The position numbers and the translations under genes are program-made. The notes below the pieces were generated by a model. The model had not been told where the DNA came from. It made no database searches and saw only the letters and a list, made by a program, of their open reading frames with translations. Source: Squalus acanthias (taxonomy: Eukaryota). Taken from it: a DNA stretch of 64,000 bases. How positions within the stretch are numbered: the stretch's first letter is position 1; every line of letters starts with the position of its first letter. Below, in pieces: positions 23,491 to 35,430 of the stretch. The stretch covers positions 80,478,001 to 80,542,000 of the forward strand of contig CM059432.1 in the NCBI GenBank assembly GCA_030390025.1, written 5' to 3'.

Positions 23491-25505
23491 TGTTGTCGCT
23501 CATTATCCCTGTTGCCTCTTTTGAGCCACATCCTCTACAAAACCCAAATTGATCTTTGCCAAGATATTGCTCTGCTTTTGCGTTTAACCTTCTTGTAAGT
23601 AATCTGACCATAATCTTTGAAACATGTGGAATCAAACTGATGGTACAAAACTCGTTACATTTGCTAGTATTTAGCTTTAATACCAATGATGATTTTCATG
23701 AAATCATCTGGCCGTTCTCCTTTCAACTACATAGTTTTACACAAATCAACGAGTTTGTTTGTTGCCTCCTCTCCCATGTTTTTAATTAATTCTGCTGGAA
23801 TCTCATCAATGCCTGCAGCCTTTTTATTCTCAAACTCACTTTATTGCAACTCTCACTTCACACTCAAGGACTTTAGGACCCATAAGATCAACTTCCACCT
23901 CCTCTTCCTTCCATATTTCAATGTCAACTGGCTTTTTTTGGCATACAGTTCTTCAACATATTCTTGCCATCTGTTTCTTACTTCAATTGGGTCAGTTAAT
24001 AGTTGTCCATCTATATTTTTCAGGGAAACTGTAGGTCTGGTAAAGGGCAAAAGGGCAAAGAAATTATGGGTGACCAATGAAATGCTTGTTAAAATGGATG
24101 AACGAAAGAAATGTAAAAATATAAACACAGAACATACCGGAGATTGAACAAGGAGCTCAGGGGAGAGACTGATGAGGCTGGAGAAATGTGTCTGAAGGGA
24201 CTGTGTGAGGAGTTGGAAGAGATGGATAGGAGGGGCAGAGCCGATCTGTTGTATGAGAGAGTGAGGCTAATGGATGATTTAAACAGATAAGGAATGAGAA
24301 TTAAAGCAATCAAAAATAGAGATGCACAAGTATAAACAGTTATATGTCAGATAATTTGAATCTGTAGTCAAGTAGCCAAGTGTAACTTTGCAGCAGATGG
24401 TTGTGACATAACTGGTGTAAAAGATTATACTGAAGCGGTTTTATTAATTAATTATTAGGATGGTTGTGATGTATGCACATAATCTACCTATCAACATTTT
24501 CTGTATCTGTGATGGCAGTCGTGCTATTTTCATGTTTGCTGATTGTTGCAATTATGTCACCAATGCCAAAAAACTTTTTTTACTTTACAAATCTAACAAT
24601 CTAACCTCCCAAAAAAAGATGTTAGCCTATTTTCCACTGCTTTGACAGTTCCCCATTGCCTTCTTAGCAACATCTCTATCTGTCCTAGTTCCCCAGTTCA
24701 AGGCCCTGATGCTGCCACTCTACTTATTCCTTCATTACCCACTTCCACAGTCAGCATCTCCACTCACTCTCTCCCAGCCCCTTTCAGACTATCTGCTTGC
24801 CCCTCTCAGACCCAGGCAGATGCCCACCATCCCGAGTCACTTCCTCTCCCTTTGGCTCCAGCCTCTATGTTTGCTTCCTCCTGGACATGACCTTATCCTC
24901 TCACTTTTTCTTGGCCTGGAAGGGAGCATTTGGGGAGAGGCAAGGGCTAGATGCAGTTTGGCTGAATAAGCCAACACACAAACTGACACTGCTCCCAAGG
25001 TGAGAGGAAATCATTTCTGGGGACATCAGAGGGGTGATGCCCCAGTCTGACTATAGGTCTGCATGGAAAGAGAGTGGAAGATATACAGAAAGAAAGGGAG
25101 ATATATAGATAGAAAGGGAAATAATGTTTGTGAGAGCATGCAGAGTAAGGAGCATACAGAAAGAGAGAGAGACTTGTAGAGAGAGAGGTGTGTGAGGTTC
25201 ATACAGCGAGAGTGGGAAACCCACGAAAGAGTGAAAACTGGAGAAAGACTGACTGAAAGAGAAAGAATAAGAACAAGAGTCAGTGACAGTGATTCAAACA
25301 TATCAACAGTGTGTTAAGTGTAGGGAATGTCAGAGAAAGTGGAAGACAGAAGGAGTTGAAGATAAACAGAAAGAAACCAAGAAGGAGATAGGAAGACTTA
25401 GAGAGGCGGAACAAACAAAGATAGGTACAGAATGGGAGAGAAAGATGTTTTTTCCTCCCATGAACAATATGGTAACCTAATTATTCTAAAGTGTACAGTG
25501 TCATG

Positions 25506-26170
25506 GGCCTGGATTTTACCTCGGAGGTGCGTTCCGTGCAGGGGGGCTATTTTGATGTCGGGAAACCCAGAAGTATGAGTTTCCTGAATGCCCTGCAGGA
25601 CGTCTTTACATTTTTTTCTGTAGGTTTCCCGCCCACGATTGACAGGCTGGAGGCCTGTCGGGCGGGAAAGCCTGCAGCTCAAGGCCGCAGCTAAGCTGGG
25701 CTGAGTGCAGGTAGGTCTAGTAGAGGGGTGGGAGAAATCGCGAGGGGGGGTTCCGATCGTGGCGTGGGGGTGCAGATGGTGGTTGGTGGCGGGGGGATGG
25801 TGGAGCAGGCAGATCGTCGGGGGTGTTTACTGGGTAGCTTGATGGGCCTGGAGGAAACACTCCTGCTCCTCCTGGCCACAAGCAGTGCTGTAAAGGCACT
25901 TACCTCATGGATTCAGCCCTTCTCGCTTCCTTTCACCTGCCAGGTTTCCCGAGGCCTGGGAAACCCGGCCGCCTGTGGTTAAAAATAGAATGACTGTTAA
26001 AATGAAGGCACAGAGCCTCATTATAATATTTAATTGACCAACCCACCTCCTGCAAGTGGATTGGTGTCCATCCCTCATCCTGCCGCCGTTAAAACCGGTT
26101 TTCAGATTTTTTAATTTTCACCTTTGACCTGACCCCAACCCACCCATTTTTGGGAGTTAAGATTCAGCCC
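25506..26170. mobile_element. Harbinger-type MITE
   Basis: TIRs ggcctggattttacc ... gagttaagattcagccc. TSD ATG. Confidence 0.75.
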
Positions 26171-26267
26171 ATGATGCCTTTAGAATATGAAAATATCCTT
26201 CTATTTTTCCATAGTATGCTTTAAATTCAACTGAGACACTAAAATGAAATGAAAGAAATATGCTTAG

Positions 26268-26465
26268 AGAAGTTGGGAAACACGGCAGCTTATTTGCACA
26301 CAGCAAGGTCCCATAAACAGCAATGAGATAAATGACCAGATCATCTGTTTGAGGTGTTGGTTAAGGGATAAATGTTGACCTGAATGCCGAGAGAACTCCC
26401 CTACCCTTCTTCAAATAGTGCCATGGGTTCTTTTACATCCACCTGGAGGGCCTTGGTTCAAACTT
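26268..26465 (-). mobile_element. SacSINE1-like fragment
   Basis: Colinear with 20390-20560 (gcacacagcaag...gggataaat...aaatagtgccatggg). Confidence 0.65.
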
Positions 26466-26495
26466 GAAAGTGTCTCACTACCGTACAAAAACTTT

Positions 26496-28087
26496 GGGCT
26501 GCAGCTTTGGCCCCTGCCTCAGATACTGGCTTATAAAGTCGGCAGTGCAGCGCCCTTTTTTTCAGGTGCTAACCAGCCTACAAAGCCCCCAATATGATGG
26601 GCAGGATGTGTGCGCACATTTCCAGCCAGAAGTGTGCCGCCCGGCATATTGGAAAAGGACAAAGAATGGTTGGCCAGTGCCCACTCCTAAAACAGGCATT
26701 AGTTTCTTTGCATATGCAAATAAGTGGCCCCGACAGGTTTTCCCTGAGGCAGCCGGCACTGGTTGAACTCAGGAAAGTCAAACCTTGGAACCACCTTTCA
26801 CAAAAGGAGTCTCGACCCCACATTTAAAGAACATGTGTCACCACCACTGCTCGCTCCTCCCGGCCTCCGATCCCCCTGACCCTCCCGGCCTCCGATCCCC
26901 CTGACCCTCCCGGCCTCCGATCTCCCTAACCCTCCCGGCCTCCGATCCCCCTGACCCTCCCGGCCTCCGATCCCCCTGACCCTCCCGGCCTCCGATCCCC
27001 CTGACCCTCCCGGCCTCCGATCTCCCTGACCCTCCCGGCCTCCGATCCCCCTGACCCTCCCGGCCTCCGATCCCCCTGACCCTCCCGGCCTCCGATCTCC
27101 CTGACCCTCCCGGCCTCCGATCCCCCTGACCCTCCCGGCCTCCGATCCCCCTGACCCTCCCGGCCACCGATCCCCCTGACCCTCCCGGCCTCCAATCCCC
27201 CTGATCCTCCCGGCCTCCAATCGCCTGGCCTCCAATCTCCCTGACCCTCCTGGTATCCGATCCCCCTGACCCTCCTGGCCTCCGATCCCCCTGACCCTCC
27301 CGGCCTCCGATCCCGCTGACCCTCCCGGCCTCCGATCCCCCTGACCCTCCCGGCCTCCGATCCCCCTGACCCTCCCGGCCTCTGATCCCGCTGACCCTCC
27401 TGGCCTCCGATCGCCTGGCCTCCGATCTCCCTGACCCTCCCGGCCTCCGATCGCCTGGCCTGCGATCCCCCTGACCCTCCCGGCCTCCGATTGCCTGGCT
27501 TCCGATCCCCCTGACCCTTCCGGCCTCCGATCGCCTGGCCTCCGATCCCCCTGACCCTCCTGGCCTCCGATCCCCCTGACCCTCCCGGCCTCCGATCCCC
27601 CTGACCCTCCCGGCCTCCGATCTCCCTGACCCTCCCGGTCTCCGATCCCCCTGACCCTCCCGGCCTCCAATCGCCTGGCCTCCGATCCCCCTGACCCTCC
27701 CGGCCTCCGATCCCCCTGACCCTCCCGGCCTCCGATCCCCCTGACCCTCCTGGCCTCCAATCGCCTGGCCTCCAATCTCCCTGACCCTCCCGGCCTCCGA
27801 TCCCCCTGACCCTCCTGGCCTCCGATCCCCCTGACCCTCCCGGCCTCCGATCCCCCTGACCTTCCCGGCCTCCGATCGCCTGGACTCCGATCCCCCGACC
27901 CGGTTCTCACTTAACTGAGGGCCACTGCAGACTCTTCGCTGACAGTCTCTTCGTGCCACATCAGTTCGATGGGAATGAGGCCCGAGGCCCAATTTCGGGG
28001 GCTACTCTGGCCTCAGCATTCTGGTACAGGGATTGTACCCTGTGCCACTAGCCAGCCCAAAAATGACCGTGCCTGAATTTCTACCCC
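26496..28087. mobile_element. Harbinger-type non-autonomous element carrying a minisatellite
   Basis: Right end gaatttctacccc is a Harbinger-type TIR. GC-rich subterminal region starts gggctgc; left boundary uncertain. Confidence 0.5.
26857..27900. repeat. Minisatellite, 25-bp unit cggcctccgatccccctgaccctcc with interspersed 15-bp variant ggcctccgatcgcct
   Basis: Tandem period read directly, roughly 40 units. It explains the 25-aa-periodic ORFs in all three minus frames. Confidence 0.95.
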
Positions 28088-28879
28088 ACTATCCTAATAG
28101 AAGTTCTCAATCACTTTCTGTCTTTCCTGATCCCAGAGTCCTTACCTTAGCATTCACATAATAAGAGGCGGTGAGATCAATGAGGAAGCCTGAACCCTTG
28201 AGGAGATGCTAATATACATCAGCTGCAACATAAACCATCTGTTTTCTTTTTGCCTCCTTCACAACTGGACACAGTCTGTGCAGCTCTGATGCTTACAGCA
28301 TTTCGTTTTGTTTTTATTATTCTTACCCTATTTTCTCTATGTGGGACAATTAGGCCAAACTAGATTAAGCAGTTTTCTGAAAATATTACTTCAATTTCTC
28401 TGCCCATCTTTGTTTGCTTCAGTGATATGTTCCAGATTAAATTCCTAAAGTTGAAGTTTTGTTCCATTTTATCATTCTTGCCTCATGTTAGTACCTCAAC
28501 CTTTTCCTAGTTTACATCCAGGGCTCAAATTTCCCTTCAAATGTAAGAAAAAAGATGAGAAAAGACCATCTAATCCATCAATGCTCATCCTAAAAAATGA
28601 AAAAGCCTGTGGTCAATTTCAGGAAAAGCTTTGGGAAATTTCTCTCTAACTCCCTAAGGTAATCACTTAATGGATAGGATGAGCATTAATGGATCTGATA
28701 GTCATTTCTCACCTTTCTTTTCATAGATTTGCAGTCAAGCAAGCTCCAGAAACCATAGTTCCTGTGACATATCACTAGACATATTTCACTAACGCATCCC
28801 CCATCTCTCACTCACCTATATCCCAATTACCTTAGAAACACAGGACTGTACAGGAGAGGCAGATGAGGTGTTGCAATAA

Positions 28880-30450
28880 GTTATAGCAGAAACAGGTCCC
28901 AGTCAATATTGTGCATCATGAGTAATGTCTCCTCAGCACGTAGCCCTGGGACTGCTCTGGATGTGGAAGCTTTGGGGTGGGTGAGTGGCTGGTCCTCAGG
29001 AAGGGGTCCTGTATCTTCTGGTGTTTTTCCAGCTCCATGCACAGCCCATATACAACTCGTTCTGACTGGCATATGGCCCACATTTGCTTGTTTGTTGTGG
29101 GGGTGTTGGATTGAGCGGCGACAGGGGGATGCATCTTTCTGCTAGAGTAAGGTCTGTCTGAGCATGTGAATGGAAGAAATTCCTTACCGTTATGGTAGTA
29201 GGCTGAGTATGCAGGAGCTTGGATCCAGTGGGATGGTTGGACCTATCATCACTTCACTAGCTTCCAGCAGCACTGTACAGAAGGATTGGAGGGTGGAGCA
29301 GGACCCGAATGAGTATGTCCTTGTGACCACAGTTCCACCAGCGCTTACCTGCCTGGGTTGGATGCAATTTTCTAAGTTTGTGCAGGGTAAGGTATGTTTG
29401 CTGGAGGATTCTGAGTTGGCTTTCCTTCACTGGGCTACAGATGGATGTTGTGAGGCAATATCACATCTTTCCAATCTTCTCCTGAAAACAGGCTTCCCAA
29501 ATTGTGCTCCCAGGAGTCATGTAGGTTTTATATGCTGCCTAGGGCAGTATCGAGTAGAGGGCTTAGGCATGCCTGTGGAGCAGCTGTGTGTTGTAGAGGA
29601 CCAACTTTAACAGGGTTTATTTGAGTGGAATTTACTGAGCATGGTGGGATCTTGGATGTCGTGGTGGATCTGAAGTTAGTGGAAGTAATTGTGTTAGGTG
29701 AGATGAAATCTGCTGGCCAGTTGCTGGAGGGACATGATCTAGCCCTGGTGGAACAAATTGTCTATCCAAGTGATGTCTCTTTCATGCCATATCCTGAAGC
29801 TGGTGGCACGAAGATCCTTTGATTCTTTCCAGATTTCTAGAGTTAGAAGTGCCAATTTGTGTGCCTGTACGCACCCATTGTTCTTTTATGGAGCTTATGA
29901 GAGGAGGGAGTGTGTAATGGAGCTGTTAGGGGGATATTTGCTTCCAAGCCAAGCCAAGCCAAAGATCTTGTTCCAATGATGCCCTGTAGTTGAATGGCCC
30001 AGTAAGAGCGCTAAAGCTGCCTTTTTTTGAGAGTTGGAAGCATTTTAGGCATATTTTGTGCTGCCTTCCTGCCCAGCAAAACTTGGCAATATGGATCTCA
30101 AAGTATGGGAGCAATTGTCCTGTGGAGTTGGTCAAGGGTTATTTCCAATCGATTATTGATTGTCATGGATGAAGGGCATCGCGTCCCTCGTGGATGCCAA
30201 AGATATGAATGTTGTTGTGTTGATCCTTGCTGTTCAGCCAGTCTATTTTTGCACCACCTTCTGATTTATGTTCTATAGGTTAAGTCACTTGCGTTCTGGT
30301 TTCTGTGAGATCTGTGCCTGGGCTGGCTTCCAACATGTCAAAGTGATGCTCTGTTCAACTGTTTGTAGCTGGAGTTCCCGGATTTCTGCAAGTATTGTGT
30401 TGAGGGCAATTGAGTGGGAGGTGGGCCGCAAGTGAGTTCCCATGCTGATT
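28880..30450 (-). mobile_element. Old L1-clade LINE ORF2 C-terminal fragment
   Basis: Minus-strand translation with stops: FCWAGRQHKICLKCFQLSKKG, IWHERDITWIDNLFHQG*IMSLQQLASRF, CWNCGH, IPLDPSSCIL. These resemble fish L1 post-RT and zinc-knuckle motifs. Confidence 0.65.
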
Positions 30451-31832
30451 TCAAAAGACCGCTTCCCAAATATTCCACTTTTTGAGTTTCTTCAAAGGTT
30501 TCTACAATATCATATGCTGGGCTCTTAATGAAGTGGAAAATGTCCTAAGTATCACCACTTCCCTTCCAGCTTGGGATCTGTGCTATTCCCCTTTTGTATA
30601 AAGAGTTGAAAAAGGGCATGTGGCTTTCAGAGCAATCAGGGTTAGGATTTTTACTAGTATACATGTATTGATGGAGAAGGGTTCTCAGGTCTATCTTGTG
30701 ATTAAATAATTTAATTTCAAAACATCATTTTAATGAAATTTCCTTCTATTGTGATTGGGCATGCCCTCCACTAGTACTTTCTTTATTGGCTGGATCTGAA
30801 TGTTGTTCATTTGCTCATGGTCATTACTGAGAGACATACAGCTTTCTGTGGTTCACTGTTGTTTCCAGCTTACATAATGTATTTCCCTTTGGTCTTGTTT
30901 GGCTACTGGGGTGTTTACCAAATTTTATAGTTGTTATAACAGACCTTCACAAGGGAATTATTTAAATTTGACCCTGCCTCTATTTTGTGAGAGTCAGCAG
31001 TTAATGAGAATACCAGGGAGGTGGCGGAAAAGACAATAAAGGCATTTCAAAACCACAGGTTTCCTGAACTGTGCTCAAGCCTTTACAATTTCTGTTACAA
31101 TGGGAGGCATTTTTCAGGTCCCAGAATATTGATGTGTGAGGATGGCGGAAACCATATGCATTCTTTTAAGAAGAAGCATTGCTCTAAAATTTGATATTCT
31201 AGCAGGGTTATGATTTTACTGTGGACCTGAAATGGTGGCTCTCAGAATTTCACGCTTGCCAATGGCATTTGGCCATTAATTGGGTTCTATCCTCCAAGGA
31301 TTATCAAACCAGAATATCCGTTTTCATCAGGGTGGTCGGGTGGAAAGGCACAAACAACCCCGGGGGAATGTCCCTGATTCAGCTGTACCAGCTGCAGCAT
31401 AACTAACATTTCTTTTGTTTTATCTTTTCCACTGTACGACACCACCTGGTTCTACAGCTTTTCGTAATTTTCTGATCAGCTCTTGTTCTATTAGTATTTA
31501 GTGCTAAACAAAGCAAATTTGTAAGAGAATATTAAATTTTTCTGCGCACTCTTTTTGATCTGCCTTAATGCTGCACTCCCTGAATGCTAGCCTTTGAGTC
31601 TGAGAGGCTCTCTAGCCTAAAGGTTGCAAGAAAAATCGATGGAAAACATTCATTTCCTGAAACTCAGGAACTCCATTTGGTCCTTCTGTTCTGTCAAGAC
31701 TCCAGATATGATCAAACAATTCAACAGTGGGAGTTACAGCATGCATCAGCTACCATGGCATACACCTGGAGAAGGAAACTTCTCAACAATGACTTAGCAC
31801 TGTTATCATGGGGGACAGGATTGTGACACATT

Positions 31833-32559
31833 GGCCTGTATTTTCCGATCGGAGGCTTCCTGCGTGCGGAGGCCTCCGATCTGGAAAAAATCTACGAACT
31901 TACCTGAGGGCTCCCGAGGTGCGTATACTTCCGCTCCTGGGTCTCTCGAACTTGAAATGCGCAGGGCCCACGTATCCCAGAGGCGCAGGCGGTTCACAAG
32001 CCTCCCTAGGATTACGTGGGCCATGGGGAACCAATAGGACAAGGGAATGTCCCTTCATACACTTGACAGATAGACCCGTCAAATATATGAATGGAGATCA
32101 CCTCAAAAACGCAGTAAAACATTAAATACATTTTAAAAAAACCATCATGTTTTTAAAATGAGTTAAAATTACAATAAATTAAATATTTTAAACAAAAATT
32201 TTATTTTTTGAAAAAACTAATTAAAGTTTTTTATGGGGCTAAAAATCAACTTCCTTTTTTAAAAGTATTTTGAAATTATAAATGAGTGAAATTAAAAAAA
32301 AAAAACTTTTTTCAACTCTTATGCTGGTAAAAGCAGGCCTTACGCCTGCTTTTACCAGGCGTAAGATTTCTAAGGGTTTTCAGCGGGCGGAGGTTCTGCA
32401 GAAAGCGGAACTATCTGCCTGCAGAGGCCCTTCTCTAGGGCAGGCGTCCGATCTGTCAAGAGCATTCTTGACAGATCGGAAATACCGGTTTTCAGCACAT
32501 GCGCTTCGCATGCCTGAAACCAGCATTTCCGATGTCCCTACGGGTGTGTATACAGCCCA
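31833..32559. mobile_element. Family A/B MITE in reverse orientation
   Basis: Starts ggcctgtattttccgatcggagg. Reverse complement of blocks in 1074-2891 and 20838-21350. Confidence 0.75.
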
Positions 32560-32914
32560 AAATTTGTTAAGAGTCTTAAATGTGCAGAATGGTGAAACAT
32601 GTGATGTGCTACCATGAGAACCGGAACTTGATCCAAGACTTTTCTTTGGGTAATTGAAGAACTGAGTCACCTCAAACTTACTTCAAATAGAAATGGAAAG
32701 CTCTGGATGTACTTAATAGGTTTTCCTCATCCAAAGCAGAGGCAATTGAAGCGTTTCTGCGCCTGGTTTGGGAATTCTGATTATATGGCATACCTGCTAT
32801 TTGTTTTCCCTCGTAAGTTTAAGTCACAAAAGGCACATATCCTCTTAATATTCATAGTGTGACAGAAGAATGCATCTCAGACTTTGAACATTGCTGCATC
32901 CCTACAATTGTCCT

Positions 32915-33020
32915 GACTGACTGAGATCATCTAACTCAGGAGAGACAGAGAATCAAATCTGGGACCTTCCTGATCTGTATGGTTCAGTTACTCATTATCA
33001 ACATTCACTGAGCTATTGAC
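32915..33020 (-). mobile_element. LF-SINE-like head fragment
   Basis: Minus strand actgaaccatacagatcaggaaggtcccagatttgattc...tgagttagatgatctcag resembles the LF-SINE 5' region as recalled; also matches 35355-35428. Confidence 0.55.
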
Positions 33021-34022
33021 AAAAGCCAAAAATATTTTTATTATAAAAAAGAAGTTTCCTTAAATACTTCAAAAGTCTAGAGTGACCTTGGGTAGCTCTT
33101 TGTCTTGTCGTTCCAGTACGGTGAAACATAGAAATGTGGAAAGGCAATTTTGATCAACAAAATTACTGAATTGCCCAATTCAACCACATCAAATGAAAGC
33201 CAGGTGTCTCCGCAAGTTGGAGGAGGGTGGGGCAAAGCTAGGACTGTATTTTCCTTTCCTCCTGCCACCATCCTAGATGAATAGCAAAGACTTCCGAGCG
33301 GCTGGCTCAAAGTGGCACGAGGAAATCGTGGGAACAAAGTCAATGGAGAGTAAAATCAGAACAGTCGTCCGACCGCCCCAAACCCCCCTTCCCGCTGGAT
33401 AGATTAGGTTAATATTGAGGGTTAATTTTTCCAAAGAGTAGATTTTTCTTTGCAGAATTTGTTTCCTTTTGCATGCAAGATGCCCAGTTCAATTAATCCA
33501 TGAACTTCTTAAACCCCAAATTGGGCAAATGTTTTTCAATCTGAGATTTTGGGGGTTCACTGTAACATCTCTTTTTCCATAGTGGAGTTGAATAATTTCC
33601 GTAGGTTTTCACATCTGCTTTCCTTTTTTAAAATTGTTTTCCATTGCTTCGGCTATTAAACCATCAGTTTATTCAGGGTTTTTCACCATGATTTCCAGCT
33701 CTACGGCTATCCTTTTTGAACATTTTCTGATTCTTCAACTATGCCTCCCAGTGAAAGTTAAGTTTTGATTTGTTGGGCTCCTTAATGGAGGCAATTTTTA
33801 AAAATTGTTCTGGAGATTCTCTTGGGGAGCTCAAATTCTTTCATGTGACTGCCAGTGTAATTCAGCAATGATTTTGTGGATCAGGAAAGGGAGGAGTTCT
33901 AGAAAATGTTTTTGCAGATAAAGTGGAAAAATCACTTAATTTTACAGCATTCTACTATAAATTGCATACAACAACTTCTATAATAGCTTTGAAAAGTAAA
34001 GGATGTTGGCTTTTTTCACTAG

Positions 34023-34167
34023 GTTTGAAACTAGGCGTGGAGCAAGATACCTGGCTGATGATCTCCGAAAAAGGGGAAAAGCTATACCATATGATGTGTA
34101 AACAGGAAAATGTAATCAAGGACAGAAAACGGAAACTCAGCACTTTTCCAAAATGCTTCTTGGGCAG
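34023..34167 (+). CDS. PREX2: PREX2 internal exon (PH-DEP1 linker and DEP1 start), 145 bp
   Basis: cactAG ... GTaggg. Encodes (S)[47 protein letters not shown]. The LKLGxEQDTW motif favours PREX2 over PREX1. Confidence 0.96.
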
Positions 34168-35184
34168 GTAGGGTATGAGGGTTCAACATTAACTAATGCA
34201 ACAACACTTATTTTACCCTAATTTGCCTCTGACAATTTTCCTTCTTTCCCTTCTCTGAAAATGTTGTGGCCGATTTTGTGACTGGGGGCGCGTTTGAGGC
34301 AGGTCTGCTGCTTGTCGGGCCGATGTCCCACCTCCATTGATTTGTGGCCAACCCACACTATTTTCCCTTGTTTGACGTTGTTAAGCCCGCATGGGCTTAG
34401 CAGGCCAATCAAAGGAAAGCTGGGTGCAGAGCACGTCAACGTATGACGTTTCATCTGTCAAAAATTTTTCACAGATGAATTGTCATCGTTTGACAGCTAT
34501 GTGAAGCTGTCAAACAGTGACATTCTCTGCAGTTTGATGAGGTCTTGAATACAAGACCCCAGCAAACTTCTTTCTTTAACAGAATTGAGATGGTTGTTGC
34601 ACCTGTGAATGCAACGGCCACCTGTCAATCCCAACGCGGAGGTCAGAGACTCTCCGCATACAAACCGACTGAAGCCTGCAGGAAGAAACAAAGGCAAGTA
34701 CACTTTTAAAAACACTTTGCTCTTACCTCAGATACTCACCTCTACACTATTGCACCCATCGCTTACCTTCACACCACACTTTTGCACCCCCCCCGACCCC
34801 CGCAAACCCAGTACTTGCCTCGCTGAGCTGGCGGGTTTTGGAGACTTCGGGAAACCCGCACTTGTGAGGGCAAAAAAGGGATAATCCTATTTTCTGCCTG
34901 TTAACTACCTGTTAACAGGCAGTTAATGGGCTTCAATCCCTTCCCGCCTCCAAGGAGATGCGACCCGGCGTGGGACGGCTACCCGCCTCCTGGGAAGATG
35001 GCATGGAGGCGGGTTGGGGGCAGGTTGGGCACCCGCCCCCAAATTCTGCTATTTTCCCAGCAGTCCCGCCTCCATACCCGCCTCCCCAGGGCTGGCAAAA
35101 TCACCCCCGTAGAATCTGTCTTATGATAAAGTTCTTATGGCACTGGGTGCCCTTGGATACTTCATCGAAGTACCTTTTATTGTT

Positions 35185-35430
35185 ATGTGAGCCTTGACGG
35201 TGAGTGTTCACGGGCTATTTGACAGTAGGTGTCATCATAGCTGAGATTAAACCTGTCCTTACTCAATTCATGCGCATTTGCTTTATAACAGGGATCAGTG
35301 ATCAGGAATAGGAAACATGGGCATCGGGGCTAATTATAGCACTACGGCTACTATCCTGGCTGAGATCAGCCAGATTACCAAAGACTGTGGATTGCAGCTG
35401 GGACATTTGCGGTCTGTATGGCTCAGCTAC
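35185..35430 (-). mobile_element. LF-SINE-like element
   Basis: Minus strand gctgagccatacagacc...gctgatctcagcc...aggacagg...aatagccc...acactcaccgtcaaggctc follows the recalled LF-SINE block order. Confidence 0.6.

Larger units (their letters stand above)
21400..24325 (-). mobile_element. Degenerate RTE-clade LINE with inverted 5' segment, interrupted by a CR1 tail and a Penelope fragment
   Basis: LKNIDGQLLTDPIEVRNRWQEYVEELY, TISLIPHVSKI, QFGFCRG and RFADD (about 22165) on the minus strand. Upstream ORF2 residues read on + at 24023-24325. Confidence 0.8.

Noticed and set aside
26857..27900. CRISPR-like array
   Set aside because: Units are head to tail with no unique spacers, and the DNA is eukaryotic.
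26798..27992. 370-aa and 384-aa Gly/Arg-rich ORFs
   Set aside because: Artefact of a stop-free 25-bp tandem unit read in all frames; no gene context.
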